Shown here piece by piece: positions 1 through 13,832 of a DNA stretch of 64,000 bases. Positions within the stretch are counted from its first letter, which is position 1; every line of letters begins with the position of its first letter. The notes under the pieces were generated by a model. It made no database searches. It had not been told where the DNA came from and saw only the letters and a list, made by a program, of their open reading frames with translations. The position numbers and the translations under genes are program-made. The DNA lies in assembly GCA_002104945.1 (NCBI GenBank), contig MCFH01000039.1:372001-436000 (forward strand), read 5' to 3'. This DNA comes from Piromyces finnis finn. Lineage: Eukaryota; Fungi; Neocallimastigomycota.

Positions 1-30
1 TAATACATTAGTAATAATTATTAATGCACA

Positions 31-192
31 TGTTCTAAGAATATCCATGTACATGATTTTTAGTAATAGATTAAGCCACATATTATAGTATAAATTTATT
101 GAATTTTGAATTAATTAATTCCTTGTAATTACCTATTTATATTTATTATAAATAAACTTTATTAATAAAATCAACCTAAAATAAAAATAACA
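31..192 (+). mobile_element. Putative 5' LTR of Copia element 1
   Basis: TGTT...AACA termini, directly followed by a PBS and a Copia gag ORF; left edge inferred only from the terminal motif. Confidence 0.45.
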
Positions 193-206
193 GATTAAGA
201 GTCTCA
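193..206 (+). promoter_or_regulatory. Primer-binding site complementary to the tRNA-Lys(CTT) anticodon arm
   Basis: GATTAAGAGTCTCA directly after ...CA; reverse complement TGAGACTCTTAATC; identical 14-mer at 9756-9769. Confidence 0.7.
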
Positions 207-221
207 GCTTAAACTACAGAC

Positions 222-2069
222 ATGTCTTCAACCAATATCAATTTTTCCTGTGACAAGCTAGTAGGTTGTGAAAACTTCCCCATCTGGTACATCACAATCA
301 ACGATTATCTCAAATCCTTAAAATTAAACTTGTACATTGAAACCAATGTTACAAGTAACATTACCGATCCCACTACCGAAATGGATCACAATGCCAATGA
401 TGCGAAGGCCATCATCATTATTCTAACAAATATAATAGACAAAATTAAATAATTACATTAAGGATTGTGCTACCGCTTATGAAAAAAATGGAAAAGCAGA
501 AATCTCTATATGAAGTTGATAAGGCCACCTTTTGTGGTATGTGGATGAAAAGACTATACTCAATCCGCGCATAATCTGTCCGAGACACAATGGAAATAAT
601 AAACGAAATTCTGGAGTTATTTAAATTGTTGAAAGAATCATCAATGGAGCCTCCAAAAATTGAGCAAATTACTATAATGTATGACGTATTACCGAAGGAA
701 CTTAAATCAATTGTTACATACAGTTCTTCCAATACGGCCGAGGAATTTTATGAAGAAATTAAAGATAAATATTCCATTCTTTCTTATCGAATGGATAGGG
801 GTGAACCTTTTTATACAAATCTCAATATAAATCGTTATAAGAATAACTCAATTTATAAGAATAACCAATCAAATCAAGAATATGAAGATAAAATGGATAT
901 TGATAATATTGAAAGAAGAAGAAAAGATATATCATATATTACATATAAAAAAACTCAAAAATCAACTAAAACCTGTTTTATTTGCAACAAGCAAGGACAT
1001 TTGGCAAAGGATTGCTATTTTAATCCATGCGGCACAAATAAAAGAAATAGTAGATCTCGCAACTATTTCAATAACAACAATAATAATAACGTAAAAAACA
1101 GAATGAACAATAAAAGAAACACCAACAACAAAGGAAATTACAACAGAAAACGAAGCAAGAATTATAACACAATTAGCAATATTGAAAAGGAATATACACC
1201 CTCTTATGAAGAAATCAATTTTATGTATGGCAACAATATTGACAGTATAGAATATGATAAAGAAAAAATAATTGATAATCTATGCGATAACAACATAAAC
1301 TATCATTCAGAAAATGATTGTAAAGATATCATACGTCTCTGTTTGATATCTTTAATGTAACTTAAGCCACAAGTATTATTGTTTAAGTTACACAAATTAT
1401 ATTACAGAAAAAGAAAATGAGACATAATTTATTTATTAATAATTAAAGTTTAAAACAAAATAAATTATTAGTTTATTTTTAATGTTTAACAAGTAAATTA
1501 ATATTCTCAATGTAAATCCCTAGTTTTAGTATTGTTTTTTCATAGAAATAGATAAATAATATATAAATAATAAATGATTAATATATCAATAATACATGGG
1601 CACATATTCAAATTAAATAGTACTTAATTTGAATTGCCAATTGTATTTTACTAAAAATAGTTATAGTTTAAATATTTATTAATAATTAAAATTTTAATGT
1701 AGATTTTAAATAATAATATATTTTAAATAAATAGTTATAATATAATATAAATGTATTTAGGAAAAATATAAATAGAAGATATTTTTCATCATTTTGGTCG
1801 ATGTAATTGTTATTAATAAAATTTCTATTATAATAAAAGATATTTTTATAAAAACAATTTTTCTTTTTTCTTATTTAAATTTTAGTGCTATTGTAATAGA
1901 ATAGATATCCTAATCTATTCTTCCAGTGTTCAACATTACAATGATATGCGCGTGACCAATGAAATAAATATATTAAATACAGAATACTCTTTTCCAGAAC
2001 AAAGTACAGAAAATGACGCCAATATTAATAAAATAAAATCACGTAATACATATTCATGTATCAGGAGTT
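222..2069 (+). pseudogene. gag: Ty1/Copia gag, fragmented and split by a solo LTR
   Basis: ORFs 222-452 (ENFPIW) and 590-1318 with zinc knuckle CFICNKQGHLAKDC; frame continues after the LTR (HSEND|MRVTNEIN). Confidence 0.8.
1319..1940 (+). mobile_element. Solo LTR, family A
   Basis: TGTAAAGATATC...CATTACA; matches LTRs at 21924 and 27519; 5-bp TSD ATGAT. Confidence 0.95.
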
Positions 2070-2600
2070 TGTAGAATAGGTTGAATTATTTTATTATTAA
2101 TTAAGGTTTGATAAAAATTTTGAAAAACAATAATAATAAAAATTTATTAAAAATTTATTTAAGATTATTTTATTGATAATTTGAGTTTAAAATTAAATTT
2201 GATTTTTTATTAACATTAAAAAGTGGACTTTCTATAAGTGGAAATAATAAAAAGATTTTATATAAAATTGAAATTGAATTTGAAAATAATTCTCAATTGA
2301 AGCTTAACTAATTATTTTTTCTTTAACTATTTATACTAAAGCTTCAATTGAGGCTTTACAATTATTTTAATTTTTTATTAATAATAATTACTAATAATTA
2401 CTAATTAAATAAAAATAATTAATAATAAAAAATTATAAAATTAATATTACTTCGAGAAAGTGTTATAATTCTTTTACTAAACTAAACTATTTATTCTTCT
2501 AAATTTTTCTATTTATTACTAATAACTAATTTATTAATAATTAAGATTCTTCTACAAAAATTATTTTATTTTTTATTATTAATTAAAGTTAATTATAACA
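2070..2600 (-). mobile_element. Putative 3' LTR of the adjacent Gypsy fragment
   Basis: TG..CA bounded AT-rich block after the integrase stop, with a 14-bp inverted repeat (2292-2305/2339-2352); no second copy to confirm. Confidence 0.3.
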
Positions 2601-2665
2601 AAAATTTCTCTTAACGTAATGTAACGTATTGATAAGGTCCCTTCTCAAAGACGGATTCCAGACGT

Positions 2666-4030
2666 CTAAAGGAATTTTTCTAGTCTTTCAATATGAACTA
2701 CGTCTAAAGCTTTGGAATTAGGCGAAAGTTCTAGCTTAAAAGTAACAGGGGATAATTTTTCAATAATTTTGAAAGGTCCAATTCTTCTAGAGGCAAGTTT
2801 TTTCAATTTCTTCAACGATGGAACTTGTTTGACCCAAACGAAATCACCAATTTTAAATAAAGGTCCTTTAGAGCGGTGTTTATCAGCGTTTTCTTTGTAT
2901 GATAGTTTACTTGAATTAATATTATTGTAAATAGAATTAAAATGAACTTTCCAGTCAAGAGTTGTGAATTCTGCATGATTAGAAGCACTAATAAAACTAA
3001 GATCTGGATCAAAATTAAGATTATGTCCATAAACGATTTCAAAAGGAGATTTTTTCGTAATAGCATTAATAGTATTATTGATAGAAAATTCCACAAGAGG
3101 GAGATAATAAGACCATAAGTGAAATTCATCATGAGAGATATATCTAAGAGTCTGAGTGACTATTCCGTTTAATCTTTCAACTTGTCCATTACTTTGATGG
3201 TGATGAGCGGTGGAGTATTTACATTCAATCTTGAGAAGGTTGAGAAGCTTTTTCCAAAAATGAGAAGTAAATTGACTTCCACGGTCAGAAGTAATAGAAT
3301 GCGGTAAACCATGAATTCGGAAGATATTTTGAAGAAACAAATTAGCAACGTCTTCCGCAGAGGGAGTACCAATAACGGGAATTAAGTGGATCATCTTGCT
3401 AAATTGGTCAACAACGTTCATAATAGTAGTATATCATGACGAATCTGGTAAGTCTGTAATAAAATCAACGTTGATAAAGGTCCATGGTAAAGAAGGAATT
3501 TCTGTAAGTTGGTTCAGTCCATATGGAGAATGAGTAGCTTCTTTTCTAGTGGCGCATATAACACATTTCTTAATAAACATATCAATATCGTCATGCAACT
3601 TGGGCCAATAGTAGTATCTGGTAATTAATTCTTCAGTTCTCTTTGTTCCAAAATGACCAGCAACCGGTGTAGTATGATATTTTTGAATAGTGGAAATTCT
3701 CATGTTTATAGGCAAATAAATCCTATTATTATAATAAAGAATATCGTTAATAATCTCATAATTTTTATTATACTCAACGTTTGATTTAATTGAATTTATA
3801 ATATTTTGAATTTCAAGATCAAATTGATATTGTTTTTTGATTTCATCAAAGAATAATTCATTATCATTAAAAGAAGTAATAAGTCCAATAAATAAGTCAG
3901 GTCGTCTTGATAGAATATCGGCTTTCTTGTTTGAGGCTCCACTACGGTAGACGATTTCATAATTGAACTTAGAAAGGAATTCAAACCAACGGATTTGTCT
4001 ATCCGAAAGGACTTCAGGCTTCTTGGGAAA
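2666..4030 (-). pseudogene. pol: Gypsy pol fragment (RNase H end + integrase, no chromodomain)
   Basis: RQIRWFEF, HHCC region (GHFG...CVIC), SDRGSQF, GQVERLN, GPF; broken into several ORFs. Confidence 0.9.
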
Positions 4031-4258
4031 TTTTAATAATAAATATTATTAAAAAGTATAAATAAAGAAAATTTTTCAACTATTGATTACCTAGTGAGGG
4101 CTCTGGTAAAATAACCTTCACGGTAAAGTAATCAACGGTTGTTATAGTTTAGTTTAGTTTAAATAATTTAATAAATAAATAAAATATAATAAATAAAAAT
4201 AATTTGTTAGTTTAGTTGAATTGTATACAAACCTGAACTTAGGTTAGTTTATTTTACA
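4031..4258 (+). mobile_element. Partial LTR, family F (internally deleted)
   Basis: Reverse complement of parts of 5355-5670; ends TTTTACA. Confidence 0.75.
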
Positions 4259-5354
4259 CTCCCATAAAAACATAATAAAAACTAGCTGAATAAACACGAC
4301 TTAACCCATAGTAACTTATAGTAAAAAAATAAACGATAATAACCCTTAAAAATGAATGAATAATAATTTTATGAAAATATAACCCTTTCTTAAATAAATA
4401 ATATTCTCTTTATTATATAATAAATTCTGAGTAAAAACGACCAAATAGTGATAATAATAAAATAAATTATCAAATAAAATAAATTATTAAAAGTAAAACG
4501 ACTTAATCCAATAATTAAAATAATAAAATAATAATAAATAAATAAAAATGAATAAATAAACTAAAAATAAAATGGTATACATCAAATTATTAATTCTAGT
4601 GTTTTATCCAAGTGTTCTTTAGAAATTCTTTTAAACTTATAAATTAATAAATAACTAATTGAGTAATTTTTACTAAAATGATAAACTTAAAACCTGGAAA
4701 TAGAACAATAATAACAATTCTAAAGATAAAATACAGAACTCTTTTATGTTTCTGTATAAAATGAGTATTTATAATAATTGATACTTTTAACATTTTAATT
4801 TTATTTTAATATTATTTTAATTTTAAATTTAAATTATTTTATTCAAAGTATTATACATTTAATGATAGTCAATGATAATTTCTAATAATTTTTCTAAATT
4901 TAAACATTTTGAAGTAATAAGAAAATCAAATAAGTAATATTCTATAATATTTTATAATACTAAGACATAATTTTAATTTATTCTTTTAATTTTAATAAAT
5001 AATAACAATAGTAATAATAATATCTAATAGTTAAAAATAATAATACATGTAATAAATGAAAATGTATAAAAGGAAGATAAAATTCTTCTTCATAAAAAGG
5101 GGACAATAAATAGAAAATAAAAAGACAATAAATAGATAATAAATAAATTATAAAATATAATAAAGATTTAATTTAAAACATAATAAGAGTTTATTTTCGA
5201 GTTTTGAGTGATTTATTTGTTAATTATAAAACATATTTTATTTTATTTTAAATTTATTGTTTCATCATAATAATATAGAATTTATTATTTATTAAAAACA
5301 TTATATTATTCAAAAATATATCGGTCAATGCATCAAAAATTTTTTGAAGAGGGA

Positions 5355-6123
5355 TGTAAAATAAGCTAAACTAAGTTCAGGTTTGTATACACTTAATAGA
5401 CTAAACTAAACTTTAAATTATTTTTACTTATTATACTTTATTTATTAAATTATTTTAAATTAACTAAACTAAAACAACCGTTGATTACTTTACCGTGAAG
5501 GTTATTTTACCAGAGCCCTCATTAGGTAATCAATTTATATTTACGTAAAACTAAAATTAATAACTAAACTATTATTTAACTAATGTTAATTTATCTATAC
5601 TAAATTAACCAATACGATTTTCCAGCTATCGTTTCAATAGTTGAAAAATTTTCTTTATTTATACTTTTTAAATAAATTGAATAAATTCTAATATACATGT
5701 TTTAATATTATAATTTTACATTGTTTACATTTATACATTTATTAAAAGAAATTATTTCTATTAAACTATTTAAATTCAATTTATTTACTAAAGAATTTTC
5801 TAAACTTAAAATAAATTTTTGATTTATTTACTATATGGTTAATTATATTTCAAACATATATTCAATTTATTTATTTCTAATTTTGAGGCCTAGTTTATAA
5901 AAAAAAATTTTTATTACCTAAAATATTTATTGGTTAAAAATTATTTAAAATTTTATTTTATCATCAAAAACTTTATCTTATCATAAAATTAAATTTTACA
6001 TAAATTTATGTTAATGTATTGTGATATAAATTTTGTGAAAATTTACGGTACATTAATTTGATACATCACACATTGTTTAAAATACGTATTAAATACATTA
6101 TTCTATTAATACAATATTTTACA
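5355..6123 (-). mobile_element. Solo LTR, family F
   Basis: TGTAAAATA...TATTTTACA; matches 15331-16103; TSD AGGGA; orientation from the PPT at 16104. Confidence 0.95.
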
Positions 6124-7304
6124 AGGGAAGATTTGCCTGGGGGCGTGCCTGAGATGGTTGTGAACTCACCGGGGATGTAGGAGGGGTAGTAGTATCAGGA
6201 TTCGAGGAGGTGAGCGAGTTGCGCCTCTTCATTTGAGCTGATTCCTCCTCATCTGTAGGGTCTAATTTCCTTTTAGCTACAGCAATTATATCCTTTTTGA
6301 CCGTAGATTCCGATGGTGAGTGACCTATTTTGTTACTGGAGGTGGATCGACCTCCATTTAGTGATTTAAACGACCACAGTCTTTTTGGAGGTGTCCTGGT
6401 TGATGGCAGCGATAACACACTTTTTGGGAAAAGTTACCAGACGCATGAGGGGTATTCCTAGGCTGATTGTAAGATGAATTATACCTGTTTTGATATTGAT
6501 TTGGAGGATTATAAGCAGGATAAGGGGTGTAATATTCAAATTGATGGTAAGTGGCGTAACCTTCTCCCATTGGTGCAGGAGGCCTGTTGTTGAAGTAAAG
6601 TTCTGAGTAACTAGGTCCAGGAGCCTGGACAGGAGCAACCGGTGTTGAAGGATAATTGTAACTGGAATTATTGGAATATCCATAAGAATAAGGGTTAGGA
6701 TTGGAATAATGATTATCCATCGGACGATACTGTGTTGTGTAAGCACCATGAGGATTATAACCGGAAGTAAAGCTGTTAGAATAAGAGGCGTATTCTTTCA
6801 AGTATTCATGATTATTTGGAGTTTGGCAAGCCTCATCAATAGTTGCATGCTCGCGAATGGTGAGGGCATGTTGTAATTCTGGACGACTACGGATAGCATG
6901 ATATAGTCGTACACAGAAACTCTAGGGCGATATTCCGCGTCCAAGGAATGGTAAAGGTCCAGAAATCTATTATTGAATTCATCCACTGTTTCGCCAGGAC
7001 GAATAACCATAATCTTTAATCGGCGAAAACTGTCCTGTTTGTTGTTCCAATAGGCTAACCTATTCCTAATTGATGGCATACATTCATCCAAAGAGGGTGG
7101 CCTGTTCCACATGCGTTCAAACCTAATTAGTTCATCAACAATTTCTGGGAAATCGATACAACCGACAATGGTATCGAACTTTTCATTCTCATCAACAATA
7201 CCTTCTCTAGAAAACCATGCTTCCATCTGACGTTTCCACACATCTTCATTGCAATGGGTTTTGTCCAGGATAGGAAATCTATAATACAAAGATCTATTAG
7301 CCAT
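6124..7304 (-). pseudogene. gag: Gypsy gag (element J), frameshifted
   Basis: Capsid-like region (GETVDEFNNRF), Y/P/N-rich segment, zinc knuckle CYRCHQPGHLQKDC; PBS and LTR upstream. Confidence 0.8.
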
Positions 7305-7795
7305 AACAAAAATTTACTGAATTGTAAAGGGTTAGGTATTAATGAGTAAACAGAGTTTTTTTTTTATAATAATTATTTTTCTACTTATTTAACTTAAAAT
7401 AATATAACAAACTAATTATTTAATATATTTTATTTATCAAGTTTAGTTTTCGACCTCCACTTTGGGCCCTCACTAATAAATACTTTATTCCAACAGTGGG
7501 TTAGAATGGTGATATTTCTTTAATAGCTGCCGGAAGCGTTCTACTCTCCTAATGAATATTTAAGAACTGATATGGTAGCTACCAACTCTTAAATAACCTC
7601 AATAAATAACTGGAGTAAATATACTAAACTTTTATAATTTATACGCAAGCGTTGTAGCTGTCTAGTATAAACTACTTAATTATATTATATTATTAAAAGG
7701 ATAATAACTTTTTATATCCTTTTCTACTTCTAAGTAGTAAAGGAGGAAAATAACAATAAAACTTCTTAAATATCGAAAAACACTATTCTTTCTTT

Positions 7796-7812
7796 CCCCG
7801 ATATCTCCACCA
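7796..7812 (-). promoter_or_regulatory. PBS, tRNA-Ala-like 3' end
   Basis: TGGTGGAGATATCGGGG 3 nt after the LTR end; same core at 55186-55198. Confidence 0.75.
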
Positions 7813-7815
7813 AGT

Positions 7816-8229
7816 TGATACGGGTTAATTTTATGTAGAAAGAATTAAACTTTAAATAATATGTTTTATTAATAATTTTATTTATTACGTTCCAATATTT
7901 CTATTCTGTCTAAATACTAAAACGTTCTGTCGTTGTAAAATATTAAAATTCTAACTAAAACAAGAAGCCCTTTTTTAATAATATTTATTCTAGTCTATTT
8001 ATACTAATGAGGCTTAATAACTAATTGTCCAATTATATGGCTGGAACTGTATGGATTCTACATCTACATTATTCTTTTACATTACATGATATTACATTTG
8101 TCGTACATTTACATTACGTTCTTATCCATTGTAGAAATAATTAATATTATAATAAAACTATATAAATTTAATATTAGGAAAAATTACTAATATAATAATA
8201 TGTTCAAGTCACATATTATTTTTATATCA
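7816..8229 (-). mobile_element. 5' LTR of element J
   Basis: TGATA...TATCA termini like family D; followed by PBS; right edge abuts Copia coding sequence. Confidence 0.6.
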
Positions 8230-8246
8230 ATAGCACCTCCTTAATC

Positions 8247-8780
8247 TTGGGAAGTCCATCGTTTAGTACCAAAGGTACACTTTCAACAAAAACTACCTTT
8301 TGGACTTACGACACTGGAGCAAATGAACATATAACCAATGATATCACAATATTAGAAAACTTTACCTACAAGAAGATAACTATGAAATGTGCCAATGGAT
8401 CAACTTGTTGCTTTGAAGGATATGGCATGTTCAAGGGTCTTATCAACGGTCATGAAATCATCCTTGATAATGTTCTATATTCAAAGGACATTAATAAAAA
8501 TCTAATTGGTGGAATCAAACTAATAAAGGATGACATCCATTCAATGACAAAGCTCCACAATAATGAAATCTTCTTAGTTCTGGTTAGAAACAACAAGATG
8601 ATAGGTGAATTTAAATCAAATAATTCTAATATCATCAGAATACCTATTGTCAAAGAGGCCATAAAGGACATATCTTCCACTGAACTAGACGAACCAAGCC
8701 TTAAACTATGGCACAACAGGCTTGGTCATTATTATCAAGACGATTTATCCAAATATTTAGATATTCACAATATCAAATAA
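8247..8780 (+). pseudogene. pol: Copia pol fragment (protease + pre-integrase region)
   Basis: FWTYDTGANEH protease motif; LWHNRLGH motif. Confidence 0.9.
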
Positions 8781-8784
8781 AATG

Positions 8785-9174
8785 TATTTAATTTGAGTAA
8801 ACTACAAATTAAATACAGTCCATGTATTACCTATATATTAATTAAATATTAATAATACTATTTATTATATATTGCTATTAAAAAATGCTAATTTAAAACT
8901 ACGCTAAAGTTATTAAACTAATTTTAATTAAATAAAAACTTTTTTAAGATTTAATTTGAATATTTAAAATATTTAAATTTAATTATCCATTAATTTAAAT
9001 ATTTATCCAATTTTCATTTCTAACTTTGATATTTTAAAATTAATTTTTTATTTAATTATTCCATAAAATTTATACAATAAATTTTATAAATAATCTCTCA
9101 TTAAAATATCAAAATTATTTAATAATTATTAATTAATTACTAAATAATTTAAAGGTATATTTTATATCTTTACA
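8785..9174 (-). mobile_element. Partial LTR, family C (U3 part)
   Basis: Reverse complement of 29647-~30040; terminus TGTAAAGATATA at 9174. Confidence 0.85.
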
Positions 9175-9755
9175 GTAATAATAATAATAAATAAAAATAA
9201 TTAATAATAAAATAATAAAACAATTAATTATTATAATAGTATATTAATATTTATTATTTTTAATAATAATCATAATTATTAAAATATTTTATTTGTATTT
9301 ACAATTATTGATTTAAAATTAATTATTATTCTTGTAATTAATTGTTATCCATAATGTAAATGGTGTATGTAACAAATTAATGCATACATGGTAATAAGCC
9401 ACATTTAATATTTATGTATTGTAATACTGCATCACAAATATTCACATTTACTCAAATTAGAAAAGTTGGTATTTATTAATAAATAAATTTAATATACTTT
9501 AGATTAATTAATTTGTACCAAATAATAAAGTTGTGAAAATAAAATACATTCCAATATAATATTTTATGTATTTTATAAGATTATAAATTAATATTGTGCT
9601 ACATTTTTTATTAATTGGTTAATTTTTAAAAAGGATTTAAGAAAGTTACAATATCTATATTATAAAATGAATATAAAAATAATAAATAAAAGATTATAAA
9701 AACCCAAATAATTTTTTTAAATAAATTTAAGTATAAACTAAATTTATATCTGACA

Positions 9756-9769
9756 GATTAAGAGTCTCA
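9756..9769 (+). promoter_or_regulatory. PBS of Copia element 2 (tRNA-Lys(CTT) anticodon arm)
   Basis: ...TGACA then GATTAAGAGTCTCA, 30 nt before the gag ATG. Confidence 0.7.
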
Positions 9770-9799
9770 ATTGCTCTTATATTTAAGTAAATTTTTAAT

Positions 9800-10201
9800 A
9801 TGCCTGAAGGAAAATCTAACGGAGATACTGGATCAATTCCTATGTTCAATTCTACCGTTATGTTAGGGAATGTCACTTATGAATTAAATAATAAAAATTT
9901 CATAACGTGGCAAATGTTCATGAGGAACATTTTAAATTATTATGGTCTTGAAGATTGGGTTAATGATAACAAAACCCCAAAAATCAAAAGTGATGAAGAA
10001 ATGGATATAGATGGAAAGGAATATCTAAAGGCACTTTTTGAAGTAAACACATACTATGACAAATCAGTAACTGAAAATGACTTAAAGACGGATAGAAATA
10101 TCCAATTCCTAATTAGATATATTTTATGTCCAAACTGCCAATAAGATATCCAAGATAGGTCTTTAATAAGCTACGAAATGTGGAAATTGTTAGAAGACAT
10201 T
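9800..10201 (+). pseudogene. gag: Copia gag N-terminal fragment
   Basis: NFITWQMFMRNIL...GLEDWV Copia gag-like N-terminus; cut at the LTR starting 10202. Confidence 0.7.
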
Positions 10202-11007
10202 TGTAACAACGCGATAGACTCAGGTTAACACAACACTAATTAACTATTAGTGTTAACTGTTACACCTAAATGGCTTAGTTCTATTTTTAGTAACAGTCAT
10301 TATCATTAATTAAATTAATATAGCTAAATTTCTTATTGATATATTTTTAATTTCTGTTAAGTCATAAGAAAGGTTTATGATCCATACTTTATCATTTTAA
10401 TTTTAATTTACCTATTAAAATTTTTAAATGATCATAACTTCCTTAAGTAATCAGTTGGAAAGACCACGATTGTACCAAAATGTAGCTTTTTCCTTACGCT
10501 TTCTAATAAACTTAATTTTATTTTGGCGAGTTACGCCCTGTTTCGTGTTTGTTTATTTTTGGCTAAGGGTTATAGTGTATTGATATTAAATTTTTGAAAT
10601 CATAACCCTTTCACTGAATCAAAATTAGTAACCTGTCTTAGTGGTTAGTAACTAAGACCTTGGTTTGGACTACTCGAGTTTGAAACCTCGTCAATCTATT
10701 TTTATTAATTATCAAAATTTTTTTACAACAAAATTTTACCAAAAAAGATAATTTCTGATTGGTCTAAATAATTGTAAAATTTTTATAAATTTAATTTATA
10801 AATTTTTCATATAAATACTTATAAATTTTCTTTAAAATTTTTTATTCGAGTTTTTATTAACAAAAAATTTTTATAATAAAAATAAAATTATTAAACACTA
10901 ACCTATTATAATTTTGTTAAGTGTTCAATAATAAAATTTTTATTTATTTTAATTATTTTCCTTTTTTATATATTTGTGTTTTTATTTTTGAACATTAGTT
11001 CTTTACA
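10202..11007 (+). mobile_element. 5' LTR, group K (copy K1)
   Basis: TGTAAC...TTTACA; tRNA-like module, CCAAT and TATA motifs shared with 19.4, 28.5 and 45.5 kb copies; followed by self-complementary PBS and gag. Confidence 0.6.
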
Positions 11008-11651
11008 ATAAAAACTCCTAATATATAGAATAACACTTTAGTATTTAGAAAAGGAAGAATTTTTTATTTATTAAAATAATTAAGTCAGTGAAACTTATTT
11101 TAACAATAAGGGTACTGAAAACAAAAGTAAAACCCATAGTTATTATAAGGGGAGCGCAAGGACATTTAATTTAATAATAAAGAAAAAAATCCATTTTCTA
11201 ATAAAACTTTTTCTACTTTTAATAAATAAAATAAAATTTTATTATTTTTGAAAAATATTTATAAATAACAAAGAAGTTAGGATTCAACACCTCCCTTAGC
11301 GTTGATAGTTGGATACCTATACATAATACTTTGTTGTTTAGATATTATTAATAACCAGGGAATTAAACCTATTTTTTTCATTAAGTAAGTGACAATAAAG
11401 AAACTAATACCGTTAATTCCTTTTATTGAAAATTTTATATTTCCAATATTAACAATTAATCATATCTACGTTATTAACAAAGAGCTAAGAGAGACCTAGT
11501 ATTGATTACTAATAAAATTAAATATTTGATGGTCCAATACTATTTAATTTGACTCTTTATTTAATTTATTTAACTTTCTTAATTATTTTTTTAATTTTAA
11601 TTTTATTTCTATTTTCTTAATTGTTTTATAATTTTGATTTATTTAAAATAA

Positions 11652-13130
11652 ATGGAAGGACAAATATTCGACAACGCTTCATTAAAAGACGGCTTCACAG
11701 GAGATAGAAAATACCTCAAATGATTCTTAGAAAAAATAGAACTTGTTTTTCTACTTTATCCTGATAGATACCAGGATGAAGAAAGCAAGGTAATCTACCT
11801 GATTTCCCGCCTCTATGGAAACGCATTAAATTGGGCCGCTACGTTAATCGACAATCATGATCCATGTATGGCAAACTACCAAGCATTCAAGGAAAGATTA
11901 AAAGCATTTTATGGGAATACTGACGCCGTCTACGTAGAAAACCAGATGCTACGTACTCTTAAACAACATCGTTTGGGTGGTATTAGAGGATACATCCTTG
12001 GGTTCAATAAATATTCAGACGAATCCAACTGGAACGAAGAGGCTAAGATGGTCGCATGACTTAACCAAGAAGTGGCTATAAAGATTCTAGAAATGTTCCC
12101 AGGACCAAGAGACTTATTTTCTCTTCAAACTATTGCATCAAGGATAGACTCCAGACTCGCTACCAGAAGATTATTCTTTAATAAAAATTCTAATGGACAA
12201 AGATCTAATTTCAACACTGGATCCAGAAAAGCTTCCACAACTCTAAAAGAACATCCCAAGAAGAAAAAGAAAGAAGTAAAGAATACTTATGTATCTACTG
12301 TGGATCTCCGGGACATCAACTGAAAGATTGCCCTAAGAGAAGAAATAAAAACTCATCAGGTCGAATCTTTAGTTTCCATACTAAATGATTCCTCCGATTC
12401 CAAGAAAAATTAACCAGATAGGGTAACTTCAAATTTCAAGCTATCATATGAACTCCACACCAAAATCCTTATAGATTCCGGTTCCACTCTTAACTTGATC
12501 GATGTTGACTATTGCAATGATCATAACATCCCGTACCATTTATGAAGAAGATCTACCAAACTTATTTGGTATTGGTGTTAGTCAAAAACTATTTCAGAGT
12601 TATTCCGCCTCTTAACCTCCGTTATATGGATCATTTGTGTATTACTGTCTTTTACGTTACTGATCTACTTGTATATCCTTGTATTCTCGGTCTACGTTGG
12701 CTTAAGGAACACAATCCAAGTATTAACTTTGAAAATAACAAATTATCTTTTGGTTCTTTTTATTGCTTGGATCATTGTATGACTCTCTCTTCAAATGTTC
12801 CTGAATTCCATCAAGAAACTTCTGTTTTTTCTACTGATTCTACTGATTGCTATCACTCTACTTCTGTTTCTTTGCCTATTTTTATTTACAATCCTAACCC
12901 TTCTTTTTTAAGTTCTAAGTTATCTCATTCTCGTAATCCCAAAGAAAAATGTTCTAAATCTGTCTCAATTAGCAATGAATCTGTTAACAATCCTTCATCA
13001 CAAGAGTCTTGTCATGGTTTCTAATACTTCTCTTTCCAAAGTTGATCCTAATTTACCAAAAAAACTCTCTTAAGGACTCAAATATTATCACTAAACTTCC
13101 GAAGGAATTAGAATCTATGCTAAATTGTCA
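11652..13130 (+). pseudogene. gag: Chromovirus-type Gypsy gag-protease (group G/K), degenerate
   Basis: GFTGDRKYLK...NWAATL gag, ILIDSGS protease, YCLDHC motif; stops and frameshifts. Confidence 0.85.
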
Positions 13131-13419
13131 TATTACATTGAAAGAATGATAATGTTTACTATAAACATTTATTATAGATATATTTTTATATATTATTATC
13201 ATTATTATAATTATTATTATTATTTATGATGAATATTTTGTAATTAAAATTATTAATAATTCTCAGAGGGAATGACTAAATTTCAAAGATTTTCAAAACT
13301 TGTCTACACTGTTACTATTATTTATAAATATATATATAAAGATTTAAATAATGTATTAATTTTTATTTTTTTATTATTACCCAAACATCTCAAATACATT
13401 ATAAGTTATTTATTTATTT

Positions 13420-13806
13420 AATTTTTTGTAGATTATATTTTAATATACTTATTCTATTTAATTATACATATACTCAATATAAAATAAACAAAACTAATCT
13501 ATATATTAATTAAATATTAATAATACTATTCATTATATATTATTAAAAATGTTAATTTAAAACTACGCTAAAGTTATTAAACTAATTTTAATTAAATAAA
13601 AACTTTTTAAGATTTAATTTGAATATTTAAAATATTTAAATTTCATTTCTAACTTTGATATTTTAAAATTAATCTCTATTTAATTATTCAATAAAATTTA
13701 TATAATAAATTTTATAAATAATTTTTTCATTAAAATATCAAAATTATTATCTAATAATTATTAATTAATTATTAAATAATTTAAAGATATATTTTATATC
13801 TTTACA
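13420..13806 (-). mobile_element. Partial LTR, family C
   Basis: Reverse complement of 29647-30180 with internal deletion; terminus at 13806. Confidence 0.8.
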
Positions 13807-13832
13807 AAAAGTTATGATTTATGAATATATTT

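Noticed and set aside
4260-5290. AT-rich block with short recurring ACGACTTAA motifs
   Set aside because: No termini, TSD or second copy recognised; left unassigned
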